From the NCBI GenBank assembly GCA_040390045.1, contig JAZJZC010000001.1, positions 172,005 to 236,004 of the forward strand: a stretch of 64,000 bases of DNA, given 5' to 3'. This DNA comes from Patescibacteria group bacterium (GTDB lineage: Bacteria > Patescibacteriota > Minisyncoccia > Phycocordibacterales > SIBU01). The notes beneath the pieces are model-generated. The model had not been told where the DNA came from, ran no database searches, and saw only the letters and a list, made by a program, of their open reading frames with translations. Below are positions 26,741-37,548 of this stretch, piece by piece. The number at the start of each line of letters is the position of its first letter. The first letter of the stretch is position 1. Made by a program: the position numbers and the translations under genes.

Positions 26741-28534
26741 ATGGAGATTCGAAACATAGCAATCATAGCCCACGTGGATCACGGCAAAACCACACTGACT
26801 GATGCCTTAATGCGCCAAACCGGCATGGTCAAGGAGGACAGCGCCAGTATGGACTCAAACGCTCTCGAACAAGAGCGCGGCATTACCATTTATGCTAAAA
26901 ATGCGTCTCTCTATTATAAGGACACCAAAATCAACATCGTTGACACTCCGGGCCACGCCGACTTCGGTTCAGAGGTAGAACGCGTGCTTCGTTCAATCGA
27001 CACCGTGCTTCTGCTCGTTGACGCTCAAGAAGGCCCGATGCCTCAAACTCGTTTCGTACTTAAAAAATCTTTGGAATTGGGATTGAAACCGATCGTCATC
27101 ATCAACAAGATCGACAAGCCAGCCGCTCGAATTACTGAAGTTAACGATGAAATTTTGGAACTCTTTATGGAACTCGGTGCGACCGACGCCCAGCTTGATT
27201 TCAAAGTGGTTTACGCTATCGGCCGACAAGGTATTGCTAAAATAAAAATTACAGACGAATCAAAAAATCTTAATCCTCTTCTCGATTTGATTCTTGCTGA
27301 AGTGCCCGCCGCTGACAGAAATTCCACAGCGAAGCTCCGGATGCAGCCTTTCAACCTTGCATACGATAATTTTCTCGGACGATTAGCAATTGGACGAATT
27401 TACGAGGGCACAATTAAACAAGGTTCAACTGTCTACATCAAGAAGCCGGCAGGAGGCGAGATGGTCTCTGGTAAAATTACTAAGCTCTTTAGCTTTGAAG
27501 GTGTCACTCGAAAAGAAGTTTCTGAGGCAGGAGCTGGAGACATTGTGATGATTGCCGGTCTGCCTAGTATTTACATTGGAGATACTGTGACAGACTCAGT
27601 TGATGTTATTGCCCTACCCGCTATTGCAGTTGACGAGCCAACCATTTCCTTGAACTTCCTGGTTAACGATTCCCCACTTGCCGGCCGCGAAGGAAAATTG
27701 GTAACCACACGACAAATCCGCGCTCGACTTGAAAAGGAACTTGAAGTCAACGTGGGTCTTAAGGTTGATTTTTCAAACGGCGATACTTACAAAGTCTATG
27801 GCCGAGGCGAACTACACATTTCCATTCTTCTTGAATACATGCGCCGCGAAGGTTTTGAATTACAAGTTTCTCAACCGCAAGTTATTATCAAAGAACTTGA
27901 TGGCGTGAAGGTTGAACCTTTCGAAGAAGCGGTTGTTGATGTGCGAACTGAAAATGCTAGCTCGGTCATTCAGAAATTAACTCGCCGAAAAGGTATTTTG
28001 ATGGAACACAAGGAGCACGAAAATATTGCACGACTAATCTTTCAAATTCCAACTCGTGGCCTTCTGGGTTACCGCGGAGAATTTGTGATTGATACTAAAG
28101 GTGAAGGTTTGCTTTCATCGCGATTTATCGGATTCAAACCATACGTCGGCGTGATTGAGAAACACAGTTTCGGTTCGATGATTTCCATGGAAACAGGCAC
28201 CGCACTTGCCTATTCGATTTGGAATTTACAAGAACGTGGCATTATCTATATTGATCCTGCGACACCCGTATATGAAGGAATGATTATTGGAAACGTGACC
28301 AAGGGTGAAGACATGGATGTAAACCCAACCAAGAACAAACAGCTGACAAACGTTCGTATGTCGGGCAATGACGACGCAATCCTCATTATTCCACCTATGC
28401 GACTTACGATCGAACGCGGAATGGAAATTATGCAAGGCGATGAGTATTTGGAAATTACACCCAAATCCGTCCGCCTCAGAAAACAACATCTTAAAAAAGG
28501 AGATCGCAATAAGGCGAATAAGAAAGCGGAGTAG
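26741..28534 (+). CDS. typA: Translational GTPase TypA/BipA
   Basis: IRNIAIIAHVDHGKTTL; DTPGHADF; 597 aa with EF-G-like domain order. Confidence 0.9.
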   Translation: MEIRNIAIIAHVDHGKTTLTDALMRQTGMVKEDSASMDSNALEQERGITIYAKNASLYYKDTKINIVDTPGHADFGSEVERVLRSIDTVLLLVDAQEGPMPQTRFVLKKSLELGLKPIVIINKIDKPAARITEVNDEILELFMELGATDAQLDFKVVYAIGRQGIAKIKITDESKNLNPLLDLILAEVPAADRNSTAKLRMQPFNLAYDNFLGRLAIGRIYEGTIKQGSTVYIKKPAGGEMVSGKITKLFSFEGVTRKEVSEAGAGDIVMIAGLPSIYIGDTVTDSVDVIALPAIAVDEPTISLNFLVNDSPLAGREGKLVTTRQIRARLEKELEVNVGLKVDFSNGDTYKVYGRGELHISILLEYMRREGFELQVSQPQVIIKELDGVKVEPFEEAVVDVRTENASSVIQKLTRRKGILMEHKEHENIARLIFQIPTRGLLGYRGEFVIDTKGEGLLSSRFIGFKPYVGVIEKHSFGSMISMETGTALAYSIWNLQERGIIYIDPATPVYEGMIIGNVTKGEDMDVNPTKNKQLTNVRMSGNDDAILIIPPMRLTIERGMEIMQGDEYLEITPKSVRLRKQHLKKGDRNKANKKAE

Positions 28535-28546
28535 TGAAAACAAAAA

Positions 28547-28582
28547 ATCCCCCCGCGGCCAAAGGCCGCGGGGGGATTTTTT
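28547..28582. terminator. Terminator (atccccccgcggcc.aaa.ggccgcggggggat) plus T-run
   Basis: 14-bp GC stem then tttttt. Confidence 0.75.
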
Positions 28583-28703
28583 GAAGCTGCAAGCCCCGCC
28601 CGAACGTACCAGAGTACACTCGGAACGGGGGGGGGTATTAGCTAACAGCTACAAGCTTCCTGTGGCTCTTCCAAAATCCTCCCTTTTATAGCATAATCTA
28701 GCC

Positions 28704-29783
28704 ATGAAGCGGCTCACTAAGAAACTGATAATACCGCACGAAGGGAATAATTTTCATCCCTACCTTCTGCGCGCGAGTGGTATCTTTGCTTTCTTGTTAC
28801 TCATCGTCGGTTCTTTTGTCACCTCCACTCTGTATTTTAAAGTTCTCCAAAAAAATAACTTTCTCGCCGCTATCTTGCCTTCAATCCTCATTGATCTTGC
28901 CAACTCAGACAGAACCACGCTTGCCTTAAACACTCTTACCGTTAGCCCAACCCTTGAGCAAGCGGCGCAAATGAAAGCCGACGATATGGCTCAAAAAAGC
29001 TACTTCGCTCACACCAGCCCCGAAGGATTGAATCCTTGGTATTGGTTTTCCAAAGCCGGATACTCGTTTGCTTTTGCAGGAGAAAATCTCGCCATTAAAT
29101 TTGATGACTCGGACACGGTCAACACCGCGTGGATGAACTCCCCATCGCACCGCGCCAACATTTTAAATGAGCATTTTACTGAAATTGGTGTCGCTACCTC
29201 ACGTGGCGTGTATGAAGGACAAGAAACAATCTTTGTGGTTCAAATGTTTGGCAACCCTTCGCCAAAACCCGCCACTACAACTCCACAAAATCTAGCCACC
29301 ACAACTGAGCAACATGGGGCAACAACAACCACTGCTCTGGAAGAGGAAATTCCTAAACTTGCCCTCACTACTATTGTCCCAACAGAACCTGAACCAAAAA
29401 TCGTACCGATAGGCTCAAGTGCCGTGTTAGGCGCCAAAATCGATGAAAGTTTTGAAGCAGTCCAAAACACTTCCGTGGAAATCCCAAGGCCCACCCTTTC
29501 CATAAACGAAAAACCTGAAGTCCTTCCGCAAGCATCGAAAATCGACCACATCGTCTCGAGCCCAAGTAAACTTTTGGGAATTTTCTATCTCATGCTCATT
29601 TTCCTGCTCTTTATAACGTTACTATTCGTACTTCACATCGATCACAAACGACGCGCGCATAATATACTCTCGATTATAATTTTGTTTTTAATTATTGTTA
29701 TTTCCTACTACGGCTACCAAACTCTCATGCTTTCAAAAATCCAAATTTTGGATTCTCAAGTGACGGATACTCAAAAAGCCTAG
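28704..29783 (+). CDS. CAP/SCP/PR-1-like domain protein with N- and C-terminal TM segments
   Basis: CAP-domain motifs (HFTEIGVA, GENLAIKFDD...WMNSPSHRANIL); Thr-rich linker; C-terminal hydrophobic helices. Confidence 0.65.
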   Translation: MKRLTKKLIIPHEGNNFHPYLLRASGIFAFLLLIVGSFVTSTLYFKVLQKNNFLAAILPSILIDLANSDRTTLALNTLTVSPTLEQAAQMKADDMAQKSYFAHTSPEGLNPWYWFSKAGYSFAFAGENLAIKFDDSDTVNTAWMNSPSHRANILNEHFTEIGVATSRGVYEGQETIFVVQMFGNPSPKPATTTPQNLATTTEQHGATTTTALEEEIPKLALTTIVPTEPEPKIVPIGSSAVLGAKIDESFEAVQNTSVEIPRPTLSINEKPEVLPQASKIDHIVSSPSKLLGIFYLMLIFLLFITLLFVLHIDHKRRAHNILSIIILFLIIVISYYGYQTLMLSKIQILDSQVTDTQKA

Positions 29784-29920
29784 CCAGTTGACAAACTAGT
29801 CACAACCAAGTACAGTTTGAAGCAGAGAGTGAAGTCTTGCTCACAATGCTGGCGACAGCGGTCATATTGACTTGAGCAATTCAAATCGCTTCCATTGGAA
29901 GCACTGAGAAAGGTCATTGC

Positions 29921-30319
29921 ATGACATTTTCGAAGTCGGATGACAGGACACCTGTCAGCTGGATGTTAGCGGTGCTGGTCGTGAGATGGGTTGTTGTGCC
30001 TCTAATCGCCTTTTATCTCCTGGTTGGTTTGGTCCGAATGGTTGGAGTGGTCACAATGGATCACATCGGGATTTCCCGCGAGCCGTGGCTCGACTGGTGG
30101 TGGACACCGATCGTGTCAGGCATATTCAAACTGAAAGATACCGTGATAAATGGGCTACTGATCACACTCGGTACGATCGTCGCAATTTATTTTGCCACGG
30201 GCATGATCCGTGTCCTGGCGCAAATCGTCACAAACAGCGTGTTCACTGACCGACCGTGGCTCGACTGGTGGTGGGTAAAACTCGTAGACTGGTTTTTTCC
30301 CAAAAAGACCGCCGAGTAA
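29921..30319 (+). CDS. Membrane protein with duplicated PWLDWWW motif
   Basis: REPWLDWWWTPIV and DRPWLDWWWVKLV flank two TM helices; gene ~55% GC. Confidence 0.4.
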   Translation: MTFSKSDDRTPVSWMLAVLVVRWVVVPLIAFYLLVGLVRMVGVVTMDHIGISREPWLDWWWTPIVSGIFKLKDTVINGLLITLGTIVAIYFATGMIRVLAQIVTNSVFTDRPWLDWWWVKLVDWFFPKKTAE

Positions 30320-30391
30320 ACTGTCGGCAATGTACACAAACGACGTTCAATCCTGAACGCCGTTTTTTCTTTGCACTAAAATTTAATTAAT

Positions 30392-30949
30392 TTAATACTC
30401 GATCGTTATAGGAAAAAGGATAAACGCCTCATGCTCCGGCAAACCGGAAGGATTGTCTTTCTTAAGAACGAGAGTGGCCGGCCCGATGTATGACTCTGGC
30501 ACTTTCAAATCTACTTTAAACGGCACAAATTCAGTGGTCATCCAATCACTTTGAGCTTGGGCTGGCGTTTGAATAAGTATGTTGCCATCTTTGTCTCTCA
30601 ACTCGACGGGAAACGAGGCCTCGAAAAACCAAGTGCCACGAGCTTTACCAATAACCGAAAAAGTTTTCCCCGTCACTGCGCCAGGAGTTGGTGTCTCCAC
30701 CGTAATCAAATCCGCAGAAGCGTTGGCATAGGTAATTTTTGGCATAATTTCTTCAGCAAAAGTTCGTCCATCTGGAGTTTTACACTGACGCGGGTAACTT
30801 TCCATTACTGGATATCCAGCCTTAGCACAGTCCGCGAAAGATTTTATTTCGCTAACGCCTGGCGCATCTGCTTTTTTGAAGAACAAAAAGAAACCGAGTG
30901 CGAGCGCGAGCAAGACCAAAATAGAAATGATGATGTTTTTGTTTTGCAT
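30392..30949 (-). CDS. Secreted hypothetical protein
   Basis: Signal peptide or anchor (IIISILVLLALALGFFLFF); four Cys; no family call. Confidence 0.4.
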   Translation of the reverse strand: MQNKNIIISILVLLALALGFFLFFKKADAPGVSEIKSFADCAKAGYPVMESYPRQCKTPDGRTFAEEIMPKITYANASADLITVETPTPGAVTGKTFSVIGKARGTWFFEASFPVELRDKDGNILIQTPAQAQSDWMTTEFVPFKVDLKVPESYIGPATLVLKKDNPSGLPEHEAFILFPITIEY

Positions 30950-30966
30950 GTTTTTGGATTACATTT

Positions 30967-31473
30967 TTAAAGCTCTTTAAACGTTACACCTGCTGGTAGC
31001 GTAAATCTCGAAGTGTCTGAAGGAACAGTCTGGCAGTTGTAATCTCCAATTTGATCTGCATTAAAACTGTACGTGCCTGCAGGACCAGCGCCTCCATTAT
31101 TTGATTCAGTTGTAGCTACTTTCGCTTTGAATCCCATGCCGGGCGCCAAAGAAGTCCACGAATAGGTGTAGCCGTCCCGCACAATGATGTTAGTCCCAAC
31201 CGTCACACCAGAGACAGTTGTCGTATATTCACCGCGAATCATACCTGCGTGGACATAGGTCACCCCGCTCGTTTCTGCATCACCCGCATTTTGTTGTATG
31301 TCGCACTTATAGAAACCATTCTGCTTTACCAGTTCTGAAAATGCCATCTTTTTCCCATTGGGCAATACGCCCGCATCCTTTCCGTACTTCATACCGCCTC
31401 CGGTGACTAAAAAGTAACCACTGACTAATACGACGAGCACCGCCACCCCAATTATTATTTTTTTATTTTCCAT
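30967..31473 (-). CDS. Secreted hypothetical protein (start taken at internal ATG 31473)
   Basis: Signal anchor (IIIGVAVLVVLVSGYFLV); beta-rich Thr/Gly composition. Confidence 0.4.
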   Translation of the reverse strand: MENKKIIIGVAVLVVLVSGYFLVTGGGMKYGKDAGVLPNGKKMAFSELVKQNGFYKCDIQQNAGDAETSGVTYVHAGMIRGEYTTTVSGVTVGTNIIVRDGYTYSWTSLAPGMGFKAKVATTESNNGGAGPAGTYSFNADQIGDYNCQTVPSDTSRFTLPAGVTFKEL

Positions 31474-31662
31474 AGTTTTTGAATTAACGAATATCGCTAC
31501 CTTGTTATGGTAGCACGATTTTTCCCTCACCGGGCAACCCGAATCATGAAATGGTGTCAGCCACCATTTCTCGTTCTATCTATAAATAAATGCTGGCTGA
31601 CCCCATTTCTTAATTTTAACACGAGTGACTCAAAAAATTGATCGAGAAATATAATTGTTGAG

Positions 31663-32154
31663 CTACATAAATTGACTGAGTTCTTTTGGTGAGTGAAATC
31701 TTTTTAACTCAAGGGGTTTACTGATTTCAATGGCTTCTTCTATTCCTTTACGTTCAGCCCGAGTAATCACACGCCACAAAAACTTTAAACTTAAACCTTC
31801 TATGGCTTCCTTGGGAAGTTCCGGTCGGTTTTTATTACGAAATTGAAACCAGCGTTTTATCAACCGCGCAGCACAACGAATTCCCGAGTAATCGAGATAT
31901 AAAACAACATCAGCCTTTTTAAGACGGTTGGACATTTTAGCATCTATCCATCCTTCGATAATCCATTCATTTTTTTGGACGAGCGATTCATGCTCCTGTA
32001 AATATTCAGGTTCGGGCACTGACTCCCAATTACCCCTCCAAAAAAGAGCGTCCATGTGAAAAACCGGCAAACCAGTTTCAGACGAAAGCTGTCTCGAAAA
32101 AACACTTTTTCCAGAACCACTTATCCCAACAACAGCAATTTTTCTATAGTTCAT
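31663..32154 (-). CDS. P-loop NTPase, small kinase-like (adenylate/shikimate-kinase fold)
   Basis: Walker A IAVVGISGSGKS at the N-terminus; 163 aa. Confidence 0.5.
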   Translation of the reverse strand: MNYRKIAVVGISGSGKSVFSRQLSSETGLPVFHMDALFWRGNWESVPEPEYLQEHESLVQKNEWIIEGWIDAKMSNRLKKADVVLYLDYSGIRCAARLIKRWFQFRNKNRPELPKEAIEGLSLKFLWRVITRAERKGIEEAIEISKPLELKRFHSPKELSQFM

Positions 32155-32243
32155 GCCTTATATTAAACACTAAGCCAGCCCAATCTGCACGCTTGGTACA
32201 AAGGTTCGACCTTTGTATTTGACGGGAAAACAAAATTAAAATT

Positions 32244-33575
32244 TTACAAAAATAACAAATCTCTATCCAAATCATCGAAATCTGTCGGCTCATTATCTTT
32301 CGCTTTTTTCCCAAACTTACCCTTGGGTTTCAGCGCAGCGTGAGTCGAAGCCAGATGCACCACCCGCTTACCAAGTTTATTTTCTAAAGAATCAATCCGT
32401 TTGTGGATGACCTCAAATTTATCCGCCAATTCCCTACTACCAAACAAATCCGCTTGCGAAACTGAATCTGGAACTAACTCACGCAAGGTTACTCCAGTCG
32501 TACGATACAAAATGCCACGCTTGTGCATATTTTTTAATTGCTCGCCGGCCAGTGTCATTAAAACTTCCGGAGCGTTGGTCGGTGACGGCAGCGACACAAG
32601 AGAGGTCGTGTATTGAAAATCTTGAGTTTTTAGAAACAAAGAAAGCTTTTTGGGAACCAGCTTGTAATGCCTCGCTTTGGTGCAAGCTTCTTCGATATTT
32701 TTTGAAAGTTGGGCTAACAGAAAATTTTTATCGTTGGTCGCAGGATGAAACGTTCGAGTTTTTTGAATTGAAGAATAAGTAGTTTTTGCATTCGGATCTA
32801 TCGGCATCACCGAAATTCCAGAAAGCTCCTGCCAAATTACTTCGTCCGGTTTAGGGAAAAAATGTCTAACCCAATTTAAATCTTTATCTATAAAATCTTT
32901 GGCCGTTTTAATGCCGTTACGCCACATCTTTTGGGAAGTCTGGCCGCCGATGCCCCAGATTTTTTCAATTGGTGTCTGCGACAAGAAATCTCCTGCAGTT
33001 TTTGCGGTGATGACCGTGAGACCCTTTGGCTTCACCCATTTCGACGCCACTTTCGCCAAAACTTTCGTCGGCGCTACACCAATTGAAACCGAGAGATCGA
33101 GCTCATTATTTATTTCTTGTTTAATCCGCTCAGCCATTTGCCGATACGTCATTTTAAGTGTGGCCTCAAGTCCCGTTAAATCAGCGAAACATTCATCGAT
33201 ACTGTATTCTTCCACGTCATCGGCGTACCTGCGCACAATATCAAACATCTTGCTCGAGTAGCGAGCATAGGAAGCATAATCCCCCGGTAAAATAATTACT
33301 TTTGGAAAATCCTTCTTCAATCTAAATATCGGCATGCCCCGAATAACACCGAGCGCCTTGGCTTCATAGGAGAGCGCTGAGACAATCCCGCGTTCTTCTC
33401 CCGTAACCACAGGCAACCCCCTGAGCTTCGGGTTTTTAGCAATTTCCACACCAACAAAAAACGCATCTCCGTCCATGTGTAAGATGGCTTTTTCTTTCAC
33501 GTTCGGCTTGCTAGCCTCAGTGTCTTCCTCGCCTTCACTCCTCGATATTTTCTTTTGAACAATTTTAGGCACCAA
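32244..33575 (-). CDS. dinB: DNA polymerase IV (Y-family)
   Basis: ILHMDGDAFFVGVE motif; Y-family palm/fingers pattern; C-terminal Lys-rich tail. Confidence 0.85.
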   Translation of the reverse strand: MVPKIVQKKISRSEGEEDTEASKPNVKEKAILHMDGDAFFVGVEIAKNPKLRGLPVVTGEERGIVSALSYEAKALGVIRGMPIFRLKKDFPKVIILPGDYASYARYSSKMFDIVRRYADDVEEYSIDECFADLTGLEATLKMTYRQMAERIKQEINNELDLSVSIGVAPTKVLAKVASKWVKPKGLTVITAKTAGDFLSQTPIEKIWGIGGQTSQKMWRNGIKTAKDFIDKDLNWVRHFFPKPDEVIWQELSGISVMPIDPNAKTTYSSIQKTRTFHPATNDKNFLLAQLSKNIEEACTKARHYKLVPKKLSLFLKTQDFQYTTSLVSLPSPTNAPEVLMTLAGEQLKNMHKRGILYRTTGVTLRELVPDSVSQADLFGSRELADKFEVIHKRIDSLENKLGKRVVHLASTHAALKPKGKFGKKAKDNEPTDFDDLDRDLLFL

Positions 33576-33626
33576 CTCATCATAATCTAAAAATGAGTAT
33601 TAGAAAAAGGTAAGCAGAAAAAATGG

Positions 33627-33812
33627 TTAGCTTTTTTTCTTCGGTTTTGGCACTTTATCTCCTTCCCGACGAGCTTCTGAAATGGCGATTGCCACAGCCT
33701 GCTTTTGGCTGGTCACTTTTTTGTCGGAATTACCACTTTTCAATGTGCCCTCACCAAATTCATGCATTACTTTGCTTATTTTCTTTTGAGCTTTTGGTCC
33801 GTATTTTGGCAT
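33627..33812 (-). CDS. Small conserved basic protein
   Basis: 61 aa; MPKYGPKAQKKISKVMHEFGEGTLKSG...QKQAVAIAISEARREG pattern seen in a small-protein family. Confidence 0.4.
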   Translation of the reverse strand: MPKYGPKAQKKISKVMHEFGEGTLKSGNSDKKVTSQKQAVAIAISEARREGDKVPKPKKKS

Positions 33813-33966
33813 AGAATTTATCGTTAAAATTTAAAGCTTTGTTACCTAGAACTTCTCCAGTTGGATGCAGTTCGAGGCGCGAGCGATTTTGCGACTAAAA
33901 TGTATTCCTATACATTGCGGGAGCAAAATCGTGAAGCAACAAAGAAATGCGCCGACTGGAGAAGTT

Positions 33967-35739
33967 CTAGCTGTCACGCTTACCGTGGAGAAGCATCTCG
34001 ACCGCATGCTCCATTGATCCCGCCCGAATAATTTCACCAGCATTTACAAAGAAAATTTCGTCTGCATTTTCAATCGTGTTCAATCGGTGCGCGATGATCA
34101 CCAGTGTCGTGGTTTTTGGTAATTTTTTCAAAATATCTTCGAGCAACTGTTCGGTCACGGTATCGATGTTGGCGGTTGCTTCATCGAGAATGAGAAGTTC
34201 AGGTTCACGAAGCACCGCTCGCATAAAGGCAATCAATTGTTTCTGACCAAGAGAAAGCGCGTCGCCAGATGTAGCCACTTTGGCTTCCAGACCTCCTTCA
34301 AAACGCACAAGCAAACTTTCAAGCCCCGCAGCATGAATGACGCCGACCAGCTTTTCACTTGAGAAATCTTTATACTTTTCGTTACCGTACAAAATATTTT
34401 CCCGTACAGTTCCAGAAAAAAGTAGTGGCTCCTGCAAAATAAATCCAATCTTGTGCGTGCGTTCCACTGCATCAAACGTTCGAATATCTCGTCCACCAAG
34501 AAGCACCGCACCAGCAGATGGATCGTAGAGACGCGCCATTAGGGATGCCGTGGTGGTTTTGCCGCCTCCAGTTGGTCCAACAAGCGCATAGGTTTTCCCT
34601 CGCTCAAGGATGAAATTAACATGATGCAAAACTTCTTTGTCTTCGGTATACCTAAAAGAAACATCTTTAAACTCGAGCAACGTGCTACTCGATTGTTTCT
34701 CCACTGTTCCAATTTCTGAAATAGGAACCGTTACCATTTCCCCGTGCATTTGAAGAATCGCCGAAATACGATCCCAACCGGCAAGCGCCACTTGAAAGTT
34801 TGACCACAAGGCCGCAAGCTGACGAAGCGGATTGTAAAAATTTGAAACGTAAGACAAAAAGCCGATGAGTAATCCGAGTGAAAAATTGCCCGTGCTGATA
34901 AGGTGCACTCCATACGCAAGCACAATAAGTTGCGCGAGGTTTGAAGAAAATCCGAACACAGGAGTGAAGACGTTGTTGGCCACACCGGCGCTCACAGCTG
35001 ATTTGTAATTACCATCGTTCGCCACCTCAAAACGTTTACGGAAAAAATCGCGGCGATTAAAAGCTACCACTACTTTGAAATTATTGAGACTTTCCGAAAC
35101 CTCTGCTGAAAGATCTCCCGTTGAAGTCATTGAAGCAGCGTTAGTACGTTTGACCCACGGCGAGAGAATTCGGGTGAAGAAAAATAAAGCTACAGCTGGG
35201 GCAAGCGCGGCGGCACCCAATTTAAAATTAATTGAGAGCAGGAAAATGGCCGCGCCAACCATAATGACAATACTGCCGACAAATTGCACCAAGGTTTGCG
35301 AGAAAAATTGGTTGAGCTTGTCCGTGTCGTTGTTGATGCGTGAGATAAGATCTCCGGCTTTGTTAGCGTTGAAAAAAGCTACAGGCAATTCCTGCAACTT
35401 CCCGAAAATTTTGGTGCGCAAATTAAACAGCACGCGTTGTCCCACGCCTCCCATGAGTCGTGTCTGTCCATAACTCGTACCCAAACCGAAAAGATAGAGT
35501 CCTAGTAAAATCGATGCGAACGTCAACACGCCGCTAAATTGTTTAGCCACAATGTATGTGTCGACGACGTGAGCAATGAGCAGCGGCGCGATAAGGTTGA
35601 CGAGCGAGTTGGCGAGCGTGGCAAAACCAGCGTAGATCAAAATGCTTCGTTCGCCTGAAAGCAGAGGCCAAAGTCCACGGATAGCAGCCCATGCGGAAAT
35701 TTTCTTTTTATTTTGTTCGGCGTTAAGTTCGTAATTCAT
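33967..35739 (-). CDS. ABC exporter, fused permease/ATPase (heterodimer partner 1)
   Basis: Six TM; Walker A GPTGGGKTT; signature LSLGQKQLIAFMRA; Walker B LLILDEATANID. Confidence 0.85.
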   Translation of the reverse strand: MNYELNAEQNKKKISAWAAIRGLWPLLSGERSILIYAGFATLANSLVNLIAPLLIAHVVDTYIVAKQFSGVLTFASILLGLYLFGLGTSYGQTRLMGGVGQRVLFNLRTKIFGKLQELPVAFFNANKAGDLISRINNDTDKLNQFFSQTLVQFVGSIVIMVGAAIFLLSINFKLGAAALAPAVALFFFTRILSPWVKRTNAASMTSTGDLSAEVSESLNNFKVVVAFNRRDFFRKRFEVANDGNYKSAVSAGVANNVFTPVFGFSSNLAQLIVLAYGVHLISTGNFSLGLLIGFLSYVSNFYNPLRQLAALWSNFQVALAGWDRISAILQMHGEMVTVPISEIGTVEKQSSSTLLEFKDVSFRYTEDKEVLHHVNFILERGKTYALVGPTGGGKTTTASLMARLYDPSAGAVLLGGRDIRTFDAVERTHKIGFILQEPLLFSGTVRENILYGNEKYKDFSSEKLVGVIHAAGLESLLVRFEGGLEAKVATSGDALSLGQKQLIAFMRAVLREPELLILDEATANIDTVTEQLLEDILKKLPKTTTLVIIAHRLNTIENADEIFFVNAGEIIRAGSMEHAVEMLLHGKRDS

Positions 35740-35747
35740 AATGATCG

Positions 35748-37517
35748 TTAATTTTTAGGAGATTCATATGTGTGTGTTGAACGCTGGGAATCAAAAATCT
35801 GCACGTACTCCGGGCTAGACTCCATAAGCTCTTTGTGTGTACCATGCGCCAAAACTTCCCCTTCCATGAGCAGAATTATCTGATCGTAATTTTCAATCGG
35901 CGCAATTTTTTGAGTAATGGAAACGAGCGTAATTTCAGGATAATTTTTCTCGACATTAGCCAAAATCTTTTGTTCAGTGTGTGCGTCCACGCGAGCGGTA
36001 AAGTCATCGAGATATAAAATTTTTGGATTAAGCGCCAGCGCGCGAGCGAGCATGATGCGCTGTTTCTGACCACCAGAAAGCGACGTTCCTCTTTCAGAAA
36101 CCACCGTGTCGAGGCCTAAGGGAAGCGTGTGAATAAAATCATCAAGCTCTGCCGTCTCAATCGCCTTTTTGAGTGTCTCGTCAGTCACCGTCGTGCTAAA
36201 GGCAATATTTTCCCGCACCGTGGTATTGAACAGAACACTGTCCTGAAAAACTAAACCAATCTGGGGATAAAATGCGGCGCGCTCATATTGCGCTAGTGGT
36301 CGCCCGTCATAATCAACTTCTCCTTTTTGCGGCGCGGTCAATCCTGTAATTACGTTAAGCAATTGAGTTTTACCGGCGGCGGTAGGACCTATGATCGCGG
36401 TTTTTGTTTTAGGCATAATGGAAAATGACACATCCTTGAGCGCAGGTTTTTCTCCATAGGTCACCGTAACATTCCTAACTTCAATTTTTCCCAAAAGTGG
36501 TTCAGTACTAACACCGAAATCTTTTTCGTCCGGCGCTTTAAGAATTTCGTGAATACGCGCATAGGACGCGCCTGCCTGAGCAATAACGTTACTCATAAAA
36601 CCGATAACCAAAATTGGGAAAATAAGAATTACAATATAGTTCATAAACGCCGCAAATGAACCGAGTGTCATTGAACCATTGACGACATAGTATCCGCCGA
36701 GCGTTACAACCGTGAGCGTGGCCATACTCGAAACAAATGTAATGACCGGAATCATAAATGAAAAAAGTCGCAAAATTCCTAGACCGATAGTCCGCGCCTG
36801 AACATTCGCTCCTTCAAATTTTTGATGCTCGAAACGTTGAGAATTTAAAACACGAATAAGCGCAGCCCCTAAAATACTTTCGTTAATCACCTTGTTGAGC
36901 CAGTCGATCACTTCGCGACTCTGGGCAAAAAGTTTTCTGACCATCCGAAGAATCACAAAAAAAGTGCCTCCGATAATCGGGATGATCGTCAGCACTGCAA
37001 GCGCCAATCTCCAATCGATGGTGAGAAGTATAATCGCCACACCGACAATAATAACGGCGGATGAAACCAAGGAAACTATGGCCTGCGCCACAAACATTTT
37101 GATGGAATCAATGTCGGACGTGAGATTGGTGAGAATTTTTGACGGATTTTTATCTTCAATAAACCGATAGCTTTGCTTGGAAATTTTGTTTACAAGTTGA
37201 GAACGCAGGTCGCGCCCGACACGTTCCGAAGCGTAAGTCTGCACAATACTCTGAACATAGGTGAAAAATAAAATACCAACCGCAAATCCACCGAATTCAA
37301 GAACAAGAGCAAAGAGATCAAGTCCACCGCGAATATACGAATCAATCACGCCTGAAATAAACTTCGGCAAAAACAGAGTCAGCGTGTTAGCGGCAATAGC
37401 AAGAACTATCAGCCAGAAAACCTGCAACTTATACGGACTGAGAATGCTAAAAACGCTCGGCGGTTTTTGAATCTCTCCTATTTTTTCGTTTTGTGATATT
37501 GGTTTTTGAGTCGGCAT
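35748..37517 (-). CDS. ABC exporter, fused permease/ATPase (heterodimer partner 2)
   Basis: Six TM; Walker A GPTAAGKTQL; signature LSGGQKQRIMLARA; Walker B ILYLDDFTARVD. Confidence 0.85.
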   Translation of the reverse strand: MPTQKPISQNEKIGEIQKPPSVFSILSPYKLQVFWLIVLAIAANTLTLFLPKFISGVIDSYIRGGLDLFALVLEFGGFAVGILFFTYVQSIVQTYASERVGRDLRSQLVNKISKQSYRFIEDKNPSKILTNLTSDIDSIKMFVAQAIVSLVSSAVIIVGVAIILLTIDWRLALAVLTIIPIIGGTFFVILRMVRKLFAQSREVIDWLNKVINESILGAALIRVLNSQRFEHQKFEGANVQARTIGLGILRLFSFMIPVITFVSSMATLTVVTLGGYYVVNGSMTLGSFAAFMNYIVILIFPILVIGFMSNVIAQAGASYARIHEILKAPDEKDFGVSTEPLLGKIEVRNVTVTYGEKPALKDVSFSIMPKTKTAIIGPTAAGKTQLLNVITGLTAPQKGEVDYDGRPLAQYERAAFYPQIGLVFQDSVLFNTTVRENIAFSTTVTDETLKKAIETAELDDFIHTLPLGLDTVVSERGTSLSGGQKQRIMLARALALNPKILYLDDFTARVDAHTEQKILANVEKNYPEITLVSITQKIAPIENYDQIILLMEGEVLAHGTHKELMESSPEYVQIFDSQRSTHTYESPKN

Positions 37518-37548
37518 TTTTGAAAGATTGCATATGGAGTAGTTGGAG

